DNA from: an uncultured virus (IMG/VR IMGVR_UViG_3300030294_000815)
Taxonomy: Duplodnaviria; Heunggongvirae; Uroviricota; Caudoviricetes
IMG/VR virus record: IMGVR_UViG_3300030294_000815
Length of the DNA: 64,000 nucleotides
Strand: one strand, 5' to 3'
Part shown: positions 31,517 to 41,003 of the stretch, one piece after another
Layout: each line of letters opens with the position of its first letter
Position numbering within the stretch: the stretch's first letter is position 1
The notes under the pieces: model-generated
Seen by the model: the letters and a program-made list of their open reading frames with translations, nothing else
Database searches by the model: none
Told to the model about the DNA's origin: nothing
Made by a program: the position numbers and the translations under genes

Positions 31517-33167
31517 CTTGTGTGCTACCTCCTTTCTCATTTGCGGGTGTTCCGTCTGCATTTTCATTTATATTCTTGTTATCTCTTATCGTTTCTGTTT
31601 CACTGTTTGCAGCAATCAGGTTACCTGCAACCATCATCTTTTCTTCTTTCACTCGTTGACGATAATTAGAATTGAAATCCGTTCCTGTTAATTCCATAGC
31701 TTCTTTTGATCTAGTTGAAAAACAGTTGTTGACACGTGTTACTGCTGCATTAACTTCCTTCACCGGATCAAGCTGACCACAAGCCGGCCCGTTCCATTCC
31801 GCACGACAATATGCTTTACGTATAAGTGGGTCAGTAAAATAACCTGGCGCGCTTACGCGGCCCTTTGCTACAGCCTCGGTCAACCATTCTTCGTATATCG
31901 GCTGACAGAAATCTGTAGCAACCCACGTGCGCTGCGTTTTAAACAACTTCCATGCCTCTAATATTGCGGCTCTTGACGCGCTATAAGAAGCTGTGAAATG
32001 CTTAATCAAAAGTTCCATAGGAATTTCGAGAGCGGACCCGATTTGCCGTAAAATTGCTGTAACAAACGGATCAAATGCAGCGTTAGGACGACCAGGGTTA
32101 ATCGTTTCGACTTTCTCTCCAGCACCTAACTCCACTACTGTTCCGTTTCCTAGTGCTATACCTGGATCAGAAGAAGGTGGCTCTGTTACCGTGCTACCTG
32201 GTGGTGCTCCGACGTCATATTCAAGATCACCTTGTTCGCCCGTAGCTAGATTTGGTGCGTCTGAGGTAATAGCCACCGTAAAAAATCCTGATATAACGGC
32301 TGCCATCAATTCAGCGTCCGTATAGCGGCCTAATTGCTTCAGTGATTCAATAACAGGAGCTAAAAACGGCACCCCTCTTCGCTGTCCAGGCCGCTCCAAG
32401 TCCATTAAATGAATCATGTTACGCCTGTTTGACTTTGCCCCGAAGGCCTCTACAGCAGTCCAGGTGTTCATACTTTGCATCATCAGGCTATTCGGATAGT
32501 ATTTGGCCACATGATAGCGAACTGGTGCTCCGTAGTTGTCGACCTCAATACCGGCCTGAAAATTGCCTAATTCCGGCTTTAAGTACGGATTACACACTCG
32601 ATCGGCCTCAATTAACTGAATTTTTAGGTCGTAAGGCTCGTTTTTACGCTTAATTGATGGTAAAAGGGCGAAAACATCACCACTCATGAGGGCTGAAAGG
32701 AACGCTAAACGTTGTAATTGACAAAAATTTGAGGTTCTAGCAGCGTCACACTCTTTACTTTCAGAGAATAACGCCCATTCTTTACTAACATTGTCTTCCC
32801 ATTTGTCAGCTTCTTCTTCTGTCATTTTCAAAGTTTCAATGTCAATATTCGGCTTAAGCTTTAAACCTGGACCGATTACGTTCGTTCGTGCTGTTTTCAG
32901 TGCACCTGTAGCTACTGGCGTTCCCATAAACAGGTTCCTACAGCGATTTCGTATCGTCGGCAGGTTCCATGTTATGTCTTCATCAGGAGAACTACTGGTT
33001 TCGTGCCAACCCTGCATGGACTTTTTCGTGTAACTGGCGCCATGTTGTGCATAACCTGAGTTCATAAAGCCCAATTGTATTTTTGCTTTTTCTCGGCGCA
33101 AAGCGCGTTCCGGTGCTATAAACGCAATTGCACGATCTAATATATTAGGCGGCTTTTGATTCATCAT
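31473..33167 (-). CDS. portal protein, lambda family
   Basis: RPGQRRGVP, SYSASRAA and DPVKEV motifs. Confidence 0.9.
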   Translation of the reverse strand: MMNQKPPNILDRAIAFIAPERALRREKAKIQLGFMNSGYAQHGASYTKKSMQGWHETSSSPDEDITWNLPTIRNRCRNLFMGTPVATGALKTARTNVIGPGLKLKPNIDIETLKMTEEEADKWEDNVSKEWALFSESKECDAARTSNFCQLQRLAFLSALMSGDVFALLPSIKRKNEPYDLKIQLIEADRVCNPYLKPELGNFQAGIEVDNYGAPVRYHVAKYYPNSLMMQSMNTWTAVEAFGAKSNRRNMIHLMDLERPGQRRGVPFLAPVIESLKQLGRYTDAELMAAVISGFFTVAITSDAPNLATGEQGDLEYDVGAPPGSTVTEPPSSDPGIALGNGTVVELGAGEKVETINPGRPNAAFDPFVTAILRQIGSALEIPMELLIKHFTASYSASRAAILEAWKLFKTQRTWVATDFCQPIYEEWLTEAVAKGRVSAPGYFTDPLIRKAYCRAEWNGPACGQLDPVKEVNAAVTRVNNCFSTRSKEAMELTGTDFNSNYRQRVKEEKMMVAGNLIAANSETETIRDNKNINENADGTPANEKGGSTQDATKVLESDKSNGK

Positions 33168-33406
33168 GTATCAATCGGAAAAAATCGTGAAAACATTTTC
33201 CTACCCCCTTGCGCGGTAGGTGTTAGACGCATAACCATGCGCTGCCAATATGCAATTTGCTGTTGCGTATACTTTGCATTTTCTCGCGTACACTGAAAGC
33301 CATTTGCCAGTTGGTATGACTTACCTGCGGCGACCTGTTCACTAGCTTTAAGCCACGCGGCTAACTGCGCCTGTGCCTGCTCTAATGTTATTCCTACATC
33401 GGCCAT
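33164..33406 (-). CDS. head-tail connector (gpW/DUF6148-like)
   Basis: Between terminase and portal; AQ..L.AW..A....G.SY motif. Confidence 0.75.
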   Translation of the reverse strand: MADVGITLEQAQAQLAAWLKASEQVAAGKSYQLANGFQCTRENAKYTQQQIAYWQRMVMRLTPTAQGGRKMFSRFFPIDT

Positions 33407-33424
33407 TAAATCGTCCTCCTTACG

Positions 33425-35416
33425 CTATATTCCTTCACTTAGAACGCGACGTTTATGCGTTCTGATCTGCGGTCTTGCTATCTGCGCATTTTGTGCTGCG
33501 GCTACACGTTGACGCGGTGCCTTTGACAATCTTTCTAAATCAGGATTAAGAATTTCCAAAGCTGCGGTAGCATAGGTCCGCAAATCGAGTGGTTCGTTAC
33601 GTGCTCCTGACGGCTTATACCATTCATACTTTAATTTCCCCTGTACATATTTAGCCCGTCGACGTTCTACCGTTAGACCTTTAAAATAAGCCATATCATA
33701 TCCCTTAACAGGTTGCTCATTTTCAGCCATAGGAAAAAAACAATGTCCCGGCAGCATTTCGTCATCAACTTTCAGACGAGCGGTTACCGTTTGTTTGCCT
33801 GTGTCCACGCCAATTGTAAAAAGTGAAACACCTTTACGATTCGATGTGGAAGGCTTACTGATAAGCGGCACGGCAGACCCGCCACTACTACCTTTAATGG
33901 CATATATCCTACGATATTCACGCGGCTTAACAAAATCGTAAACCTGTTCCGTGGCATGACCGCCGGAATCAATGCATGTACACGCGATACTGAGTGGCGT
34001 TCCGTCTTCGTAGCGCCATTGTCGCATAAGCCACTGGTCTAAATTCTTCCATACAGCAGGCAACTTCGTGTCACCTAAAATTACAACATACTCAATTCCC
34101 CAGCTTCTATAGTCCTTATCCCAGCCAACAAGTTCACATTCAAGCCTATTATCTTGTGTATCCACCGAGGCTGTTAAGACAAGCACTTCATCGTCTAAAC
34201 TAGCAGGGTAAACGCGGCGCCGGGTATTGTACAGCATTTCGTAATCAACTATTTCTGTGTCCTCGGACCACGTTTGCCCCAAAATTGTATTAATAAACGT
34301 CTTTAATTGGCTTTGATCTTTCTTAATGTTCAGCCAGTCGGTCGCAATCTCTGCCCAACTGTAAAAGCCTAAAGGCGCATATAATGTCGAAATATGGTAT
34401 CCACGGCGAAACTTATTTTCTTTTTCTGGACAGGTCATTCGCCATTGCCCTTTTTCCAGCATTTCGGTCTTGTGCCACTCTTCTATAATGGCGCCGCACT
34501 CAGGACAAAACATATGTGCCTGAGCAGGTAACTTGTTTCCGTTTTCATCGGGAATAACGAAATTGCACCATTCAAGTACATGCATGAACCCACATTCAGG
34601 ACACGGCACATAATATTTACGCTGATCGGTTTCCAAGTAGTCCTTTTCAATACGGGACTCTCCAGCTATTGTAGGCGTCGAAACTTTTAGAATCTTACGC
34701 CGTTTAAATGTCCTTGTACGAGCTACCGCGAGGTTTACCGGATCGCCTTCGCCTTCAACATCAAGCGGGTAAGCGTCTACTTCATCAAGAAATAGATACT
34801 TAACAGGCATTGACCGAAGTCCGGCAGCCGATTCGGAACCAGTTATAACGAGTAGCCCACCCGGGAATTCTTTACGCAGCGTTGTATTGCCGCTGTCACG
34901 CGTTCGCGGATCATTTAGTTTGTTTTTTATTACTTCACAATCTGCAATCATTGGTGCGATATTACGCTGTGAGTACTGCCTGGCCATATCCTTGGACGGT
35001 TGAACCATCAGCATAGGACCAGGTTCGTGATCTATTACATACCCTATCCAGTTGTTACCCGTTTCAGAACCGCCGACCTGCGCCGACTTCATGAATGAAA
35101 CGTTTTTAACGGGACTGGACGCGGATAGACAATCCATTATTTCTCGTAAATAAGGTGTACGGTCCGTGCGCCACGGGCCAGGTTCGGCAGCCGTGGCAGA
35201 CCGCAATATTCTGTTTTCATCGGACCATTCCGACAATGTTTGGTGCGTTGGAGGTGCCCAAACTTTGGTTATGTGGCCAAACAATCGAAGCGTTTTCCCC
35301 GCAACATCTGTGGACTTTAGCGCAGGTGCCTTCTTTACTTTGGCCACGGTCTTTGTCTTTTTTGTGGACTTTACAGCACTTTTACTTTTTGCATTAGTCG
35401 CCCGCAACGTCATCAC
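33425..35416 (-). CDS. terminase large subunit, lambda GpA family
   Basis: KSAQVGGSE, FLDEVD, STPT, CPECG, VDTQ..R, IDSGG and RNEPLD motifs. Confidence 0.95.
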   Translation of the reverse strand: MMTLRATNAKSKSAVKSTKKTKTVAKVKKAPALKSTDVAGKTLRLFGHITKVWAPPTHQTLSEWSDENRILRSATAAEPGPWRTDRTPYLREIMDCLSASSPVKNVSFMKSAQVGGSETGNNWIGYVIDHEPGPMLMVQPSKDMARQYSQRNIAPMIADCEVIKNKLNDPRTRDSGNTTLRKEFPGGLLVITGSESAAGLRSMPVKYLFLDEVDAYPLDVEGEGDPVNLAVARTRTFKRRKILKVSTPTIAGESRIEKDYLETDQRKYYVPCPECGFMHVLEWCNFVIPDENGNKLPAQAHMFCPECGAIIEEWHKTEMLEKGQWRMTCPEKENKFRRGYHISTLYAPLGFYSWAEIATDWLNIKKDQSQLKTFINTILGQTWSEDTEIVDYEMLYNTRRRVYPASLDDEVLVLTASVDTQDNRLECELVGWDKDYRSWGIEYVVILGDTKLPAVWKNLDQWLMRQWRYEDGTPLSIACTCIDSGGHATEQVYDFVKPREYRRIYAIKGSSGGSAVPLISKPSTSNRKGVSLFTIGVDTGKQTVTARLKVDDEMLPGHCFFPMAENEQPVKGYDMAYFKGLTVERRRAKYVQGKLKYEWYKPSGARNEPLDLRTYATAALEILNPDLERLSKAPRQRVAAAQNAQIARPQIRTHKRRVLSEGI

Positions 35417-35954
35417 CGACTTTTAACTCGGCGGTTGCGCGAGTAGCATAAACAGTACTGTCGTAGTCCGCTAAAGACTGTAACGCTAAGACTATCTCGG
35501 CCTCAATGATTGACTCAATATCATCTAAATCCTTCTTGCCGCATAGCTTAGGCCCTATTTTAGTTGGGATATCAAGTAATCTTGCCCGTGTTACAGCAAT
35601 CATGCCGCCGACAAGTACCTTAATATCCCCTGATTTGTGTAGTTCACCTTGCGCCACTTTCAATTTCAGTTCGGCTTGCTGCCGTTGGACACTCGTTAAC
35701 TTCGTTCGTTCTTCGTTATACGACGAATCCGGTGCAATGACTGTAGGGTTTCCACGGAGGCTGCCTTCGCCTGACCTAATGTATTTTATGTAGGCCTGAA
35801 CGGCATCGCCTAAATAATACTTCCCACGTCTGTACGTCGTGAGCACTTCCTCTGCTGCAAGCTGTCGAATTCTTCGATCTGTCAATCCTAAAAGTTCGGC
35901 AAGTTGCCCGGAACCCACTTCCTGCGTGCATAAAGATACATTTTGTACTGGCAT
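35394..35954 (-). CDS. terminase small subunit (Nu1-like)
   Basis: N-terminal wHTH (LAELLGLTDRRIRQL); directly upstream of GpA. Confidence 0.85.
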   Translation of the reverse strand: MPVQNVSLCTQEVGSGQLAELLGLTDRRIRQLAAEEVLTTYRRGKYYLGDAVQAYIKYIRSGEGSLRGNPTVIAPDSSYNEERTKLTSVQRQQAELKLKVAQGELHKSGDIKVLVGGMIAVTRARLLDIPTKIGPKLCGKKDLDDIESIIEAEIVLALQSLADYDSTVYATRATAELKVGDDVAGD

Positions 35955-36681
35955 AAGTAACCTCCTTTTTACATAATCTAGTAAACGAACACCTGGTCGT
36001 AGCGGAAATGGTCAAAAAAGTCTGGGTGCGCCCCTACCATGCGCTGCTCGCGACCCTTGCGGTTTTCGGGCGGCCACAGTACCTTAGTGTTTTTGTAGGG
36101 TACACAAGTGTTTTCATACAATAGACTTGTCAGAATCTTTTTAAATTGTACTCATTTATATTTATTCATCTATATGTATAATTATACACTTTTATTGCAT
36201 ATATGCAAGAGTTATTTGTTTTTATGCATAAAATAATGTAATGAAATAAGAGACCATAATCATCAACTCCTGTAAATACAGCGTTTATACATGTAATCAC
36301 CATTACAACGCCAGGCATATCTATGCATAAATAGTGCATACAGCACATGCAGGTGTTGCAACTCTACAGCCTTTAGCCTCTACTTTGGCTTTTGACCACG
36401 CATAAATATATACATCATCACTTCATTCGCTGTATGCTTGTGTAACACACACATATATAACAATGTATATAAACTATCACACAATAAGAAAAAGCCTCTC
36501 ATACGCGATTAAGGACGCATTGAGAAGCTTTATATTTATGTACGTGGCACACGTACATACTATATGTAGTTATCAAAAGAAATAGTATTAGATAAAAGCA
36601 CTATATATTGTGTTGTTATCTAAAGTTGCTGCATGATCGTGTACTATAGGCAAAACAAAATATGTAAATAAATGTAAACCT

Positions 36682-37260
36682 ATTTAAAAAAGATAAAGAT
36701 ATAATAGATATAACTATAATATATATATAATAATATAATATATAAGTAGTATATATATATATAGTATATACTATACTATACTATTCTTTCACTACGTTCT
36801 TAATTCGTTATTGCTCTTTTCGTTTTCTGTTCTGCTGTAATCTTGTTTTTTCCCACACACGCCGATTTTTTTCACCGCCCTTCGGAAAGTGTTTTTCTTT
36901 TGCCCGACAAAAATAAAAGTGCTCTCCCCCAGTGGTGCAAAATAAAAAAAATCCATGGGAAAAACAGCCTCCCGTATTCCGTGATATTTAGCCATTTAAA
37001 CGCATCTAGTAAAATAAATGCGCTAGATTCTGCTCGCTTACACTTTCGGGGAGCCTCTATTTACTCTGTATTGCTCCGTTTTGCCATTTATTAGAAAATA
37101 CCACAGGCTTAATTGCATCGTACAGCATATTTTCTAACTAATAGATACCGAAAACGTACTACTTCAATATTATGGTAAGTTTAGCAGTATTTTACATAAT
37201 ATTGTTTTACATAATTTCCCTGTAATAAATTGGAATACCCGTATTCAGTCATATTCAGCC
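36682..37260 (-). repeat. origin-like element R (diverged inverted repeat of 10604-11157)
   Basis: Reverse complement shares ordered blocks with element L, including the AT-rich tract. Confidence 0.75.
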
Positions 37261-37429
37261 GTTTAAAGAGTTAAGTCTGCATATCTCCGGCTTTCATATG
37301 CTTGAAATAGCTATAGATTGCATCGCTTTGCTAAATTATCAGACTATTGGCGTGATCTACCAGTACAGCCGCCCGTTTTACTACAGTGCGTATTTTTATA
37401 AATTGTACATTATTTTTATGTTTTCGGTA

Positions 37430-37458
37430 TTGACAACCTATTCCGATAGATGTAATAT
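37430..37458 (+). promoter_or_regulatory. sigma-A-type promoter of the rightward operon
   Basis: TTGACA-17 bp-TAATAT with an extended TG. Confidence 0.6.
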
Positions 37459-37591
37459 AAGTACAAGATCAATCAAAGCAAACGGCTAACGTAATGCGTT
37501 ACACTACAAACATGCTAGTTTGGGTAGTGTGACAAAAAATTTTAGCCTGGCATTGTACAAAATTGGACAAATAAAAAGGAGCGAATGAACA

Positions 37592-37777
37592 ATGAAAAAT
37601 TTAACAACTTTATTACTGGCGGTCGTTTTACTGGTACAGGCTCAATACATGGTGGACGGTAAACTTTACGTTGACTACGATCTAAACGGTGAATCTTATC
37701 AGGGCGTTTATTACGAAGACATGTTTGACGATCTAAACAGTGCGTTGTGTGAAGAAGCAGAAAGTCAGGTGCATTGA
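37592..37777 (+). CDS. small hypothetical protein
   Basis: AAGGAG RBS; first gene after the promoter. Confidence 0.6.
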   Translation: MKNLTTLLLAVVLLVQAQYMVDGKLYVDYDLNGESYQGVYYEDMFDDLNSALCEEAESQVH

Positions 37778-37986
37778 TGATTGAGGTTTTACTAGACTAC
37801 ACACTGGAACAGCGTTGGCGCGAATTGGAGGACGTTATCTTTAACGAAGACGAAAACGGCGAACTTGTTTTGCAGTCTAAATGGTATATCTTTGAAGTTG
37901 GTACGAGTCGAAATGATATATGGAAATGGTTTGACACTACACATTCAAAAGGTGTCGGTTGGCTGTCTAAAAATATTGATGTTTGA
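37774..37986 (+). CDS. hypothetical phage protein
   Basis: Overlapping start/stop; F..GT.R.DIW.WFD motif seen in small phage proteins. Confidence 0.65.
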   Translation: MMIEVLLDYTLEQRWRELEDVIFNEDENGELVLQSKWYIFEVGTSRNDIWKWFDTTHSKGVGWLSKNIDV

Positions 37987-38166
37987 CATTGTTAGACTGC
38001 TTTACGATTTTTGTAGCTGTAAAGTAGCCTAAAGAGTGCCAAAACTCTAACCGCCGTTTTGCCGTGGCGCGTGTGCCGTAACTCTTATAAAGGGAGGACA
38101 CGTACTTGTCACGGTTAACGGCATAAAAATTCAGTGTCTACGGACAATAAAGGAGCACGATTTATT

Positions 38167-38364
38167 ATGAAAAGAAATGACATTATTGCAGCTTTGCGTT
38201 TTGCCGGTTTTCATGCAGATAAAAAGAGTTTTACGCGTATTCTTATAGAAAATCGTATATCTACAGTTTGCGCCGAAAAGGCGTATGCTAGTGGCGTAAA
38301 ACTGAAATCAGAGGGTGCAAAGTGTTTGTGCCAGGATTGTATGAAAGCTGAGGTGCGAAGCTAA
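38167..38364 (+). CDS. hypothetical protein with C-terminal C.C..C
   Basis: AAGGAG RBS before ATG 38167. Confidence 0.6.
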   Translation: MKRNDIIAALRFAGFHADKKSFTRILIENRISTVCAEKAYASGVKLKSEGAKCLCQDCMKAEVRS

Positions 38365-38801
38365 TGTCAATACTAATTGTTGATGATAAGATTTTTGATA
38401 TTGTATTGTACAACCTTGGCAGGTATCAAGATTGTCCGTATTTTATGCCAATGGGCGCCGATTGCGAAACTACATTTAAGCGTTTACATGCCGCTATGCA
38501 TAAATCGTATGCAGAACGTTATAAAAACGCCAGCAGTGTTCCAAAGTACAAACCGTATGCAGCTTATTCAGCTATCAAGGAAATACCGCCGTTAATCAGT
38601 GTATGTCAATTGCTTAAGTACATGCAGTGTATCAACTATCAGATAGAAACGAACAAACCCACGTTTTACGAAAAGGACGCCATAAAACGTTTAAACGATT
38701 TAATTACACAGCTCAAAAACGGGATACTGCGTAGTATGCCCAACTATGAAAACGCTTTATGGACTGAAATTGTACAAAATAAGTCTAACGAGGTGATCTA
38801 A
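38364..38801 (+). CDS. hypothetical protein
   Basis: TAATG coupling. Confidence 0.65.
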   Translation: MSILIVDDKIFDIVLYNLGRYQDCPYFMPMGADCETTFKRLHAAMHKSYAERYKNASSVPKYKPYAAYSAIKEIPPLISVCQLLKYMQCINYQIETNKPTFYEKDAIKRLNDLITQLKNGILRSMPNYENALWTEIVQNKSNEVI

Positions 38802-39133
38802 TGTCTAAATTGTTATCAAAGAAATATTGCAATCTAACAGGTAGAATCAACGTGGAAACTTTGACCGCTCATTGTCAGGCGTATGCACTCAATGATAGCG
38901 CACTGTTTGAAGAGCTGCAAAGTGATCGTAAACCGAATGAGGTAGCGTGGAAAATCTGCCGGGATACTATGAACCGCTTTTTAAAATTCAAAGGCGCTGA
39001 CAGCATCACAGCAAGCGCACTCAAAGACTGGCTAGCAGAACATGGCAGAGGCTATGGAACTTTACAGCCACTTGAAAAATGGGTTATTGAAGAACGAAGG
39101 GAGTTTTTCTCAAATGGAAACACTTGTTGCTGA
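38801..39133 (+). CDS. hypothetical protein
   Basis: GAGGTG RBS, TAATG coupling. Confidence 0.65.
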   Translation: MSKLLSKKYCNLTGRINVETLTAHCQAYALNDSALFEELQSDRKPNEVAWKICRDTMNRFLKFKGADSITASALKDWLAEHGRGYGTLQPLEKWVIEERREFFSNGNTCC

Positions 39134-39455
39134 CGGCAGAACTTTGCAAAAACAATCGATCATGCAGGTACAAAGTGACATTAATCGTTATGGCACGTGG
39201 CACGGTATCCTTGTTGGGGATGATGTAGCGCAACGGAATTTTTTCGGTGGCTTCCCCTTAGCTTGCGAACAAACTTTTACGTCTCAAAAAGAGTTGTCCA
39301 AGGCTGTAGATTGCTTTGAATACTATCTGAATACGGAACAAGGAAAACGCTCATTTTATAAAATTATTGGAGGGCTGGGAAATGAAAGCATGTGTAAGCC
39401 TATTTGCGGGCTTGACGAAAACCGATGTGCCAAGAAGGCTCTACGTCGTGACTGA
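39042..39455 (+). CDS. hypothetical protein (start uncertain)
   Basis: Continues the operon. Confidence 0.5.
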   Translation: MAEAMELYSHLKNGLLKNEGSFSQMETLVADGRTLQKQSIMQVQSDINRYGTWHGILVGDDVAQRNFFGGFPLACEQTFTSQKELSKAVDCFEYYLNTEQGKRSFYKIIGGLGNESMCKPICGLDENRCAKKALRRD

Positions 39456-39624
39456 GGAAACCGAAGAGCGCCCGATTAAGGTCATCAAATGGACGCATGA
39501 ACCCCCTATTGACGAAATACCCGAAGGCGCGATATTTGCCGGGACTTATGATATTACGGTCAAAGCTTACAATCGCATTGTCAAAGACGCTACAGCAAGA
39601 GAGGTTTTATTTTATGCAGATTAA
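39367..39624 (+). CDS. hypothetical protein
   Basis: GGAGG RBS before the internal ATG; in operon. Confidence 0.5.
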   Translation: MEGWEMKACVSLFAGLTKTDVPRRLYVVTEETEERPIKVIKWTHEPPIDEIPEGAIFAGTYDITVKAYNRIVKDATAREVLFYAD

Positions 39625-39859
39625 AATAAACGTCGTACAATCTCCAGCTAACAATCAAAAACGCGGATTTTACAGCTACAAAGGCAAAAACAAGGCTAAA
39701 GGTGCTGGCTTTGTTGACTACTTACATCAAGCTTTGAAAGAAGGTTCTCAGCGTGAGCCTATTTGATGCACGTCTTTGGATTGCCAGCGGTTTATGCTGG
39801 TTCGGAATTATAAAATTTATAATATTTTGTGTAAATTATTGAAAAGAGGTATAATAAAT

Positions 39860-40135
39860 ATGAAATTTGAACATATGAATGCTAAGAAAGCCGACGTTAT
39901 TATAACGGGCTATTTGCCGGGTACAGGCAAAAACGCGCACATGGTTGGCAGTATTACGTTTTCCGACGAAACGGATCGCTCTGGAAGCTGTAGCGGTTTG
40001 ACAGACGAAGACAGAAAGTTTTTCACAGCTCTACAAAATAGATTGATCGGCAGAACAATCGAAATTTCGTATATGGAGAAAACAGAAAAAGCATACAGAC
40101 ACCCTGTTTTTGTATGCTTAAGGGAGGATAAATGA
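39860..40135 (+). CDS. stand-alone DNA ligase OB-fold-like domain
   Basis: AD..ITG..PG.GK...VGS...SGLTD.DR...IG..IEI.Y.E.T....RHPVF...REDK; AGAGG RBS. Confidence 0.7.
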   Translation: MKFEHMNAKKADVIITGYLPGTGKNAHMVGSITFSDETDRSGSCSGLTDEDRKFFTALQNRLIGRTIEISYMEKTEKAYRHPVFVCLREDK

Positions 40136-40139
40136 CATA

Positions 40140-40361
40140 TTGGAAAGTAAGAATCTAGGTGGCAGACCTTGCCTGTCAGACGAAAGAAAAAAGCCGCGTT
40201 TCTCATTCCGTGCAACAGATTTAGAAATGGCGGCAATCGAAAAAATGGCAGAAGTTCACAAAATATCGAAAAATGAAGTACTGCTCCGTGGCGTAGAGCG
40301 CATGTATTCAGAGTATTTTGACGCTGTAGAAAAAGAGCGCAATAATAGCGAAAAAATATAA
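40140..40361 (+). CDS. ribbon-helix-helix/CopG-like DNA-binding protein
   Basis: GGRP...K..FSFRAT..E...IE.MA....SKNEVL pattern. Confidence 0.65.
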   Translation: MESKNLGGRPCLSDERKKPRFSFRATDLEMAAIEKMAEVHKISKNEVLLRGVERMYSEYFDAVEKERNNSEKI

Positions 40362-40368
40362 TAAGTGC

Positions 40369-40397
40369 TTGACTATTGGTCACCAATGTTATATAAT
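40369..40397 (+). promoter_or_regulatory. sigma-A promoter with an operator palindrome in its spacer
   Basis: TTGACT-17 bp-TATAAT; spacer contains ATTGGT-C-ACCAAT. Confidence 0.75.
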
Positions 40398-40414
40398 TAG
40401 TTTATAGAAAGGAG

Positions 40415-40543
40415 GTGGTACTAGTTGATAAGCAAGATGTAGAATGGTTGATAACCGTATTGATTACAGTATTTCAAATATGGCTATCAACAAAAAAGAA
40501 AAGACCTCGAAAACGCTCGAATCCTGCAAAGAAAAAGCGTTAA
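40415..40543 (+). CDS. small hydrophobic/basic peptide, type I toxin-like (not in ORF track)
   Basis: VVLVDKQDVEWLITVLITVFQIWLSTKKKRPRKRSNPAKKKR; AAAGGAGGTG RBS; start codon uncertain. Confidence 0.55.
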   Translation: MVLVDKQDVEWLITVLITVFQIWLSTKKKRPRKRSNPAKKKR

Positions 40544-40605
40544 CGAAGTCAGTATGTAGGGGCTAACGCCCCTGCTTACTCAAATTATACTATATTTGAG
40601 GAGGC

Positions 40606-40788
40606 TTGGCAATTATGACGAACGAAAGATTGCTAGATAGTGCCTTTGTTTGCACGATATTAGCAGTAGCGATTTTGTTTGATTGGAATTGGACGATTAT
40701 AAAAGTTTTTATATCAGGTGGTTTGCTTGGCGTTTTAGCTACATTAAGATTTAAAAAGGAATGTGACAAATGGAAAAACGAGATTTAA
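40606..40788 (+). CDS. small two-TM membrane protein
   Basis: GAGGAGG RBS; hydrophobic segments. Confidence 0.6.
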   Translation: MAIMTNERLLDSAFVCTILAVAILFDWNWTIIKVFISGGLLGVLATLRFKKECDKWKNEI

Positions 40789-40973
40789 AAATATCGATTG
40801 CTAAACGTGGCGGAAATTCCAGTAAAAACGCAGTTGGCTACAGGCTTATATTGCCTACTGCGTGGGCAAAGGAAATGGGCATAGAATTAGATAGCCGAGA
40901 CGTGACAGCAACATTTGACAACGGAAAAATAACCATTGAAAAGATTGAAAAAGAAACTGACAAAATTAAATGA
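40770..40973 (+). CDS. AbrB/MazE/SpoVT-like DNA-binding protein
   Basis: RLILP..WAKEMGI....R.V...FD.GKI.IEK. Confidence 0.7.
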   Translation: MEKRDLKISIAKRGGNSSKNAVGYRLILPTAWAKEMGIELDSRDVTATFDNGKITIEKIEKETDKIK

Positions 40974-41003
40974 GCAGGAAACAATATAATAAACGTCTAA
41001 TAT

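Noticed and set aside
13220..35954. Gene transfer agent rather than prophage
   Set aside because: The GTA-like genes are limited to the tail tip; an att site, lambda-type terminase and full replication module indicate a true prophage
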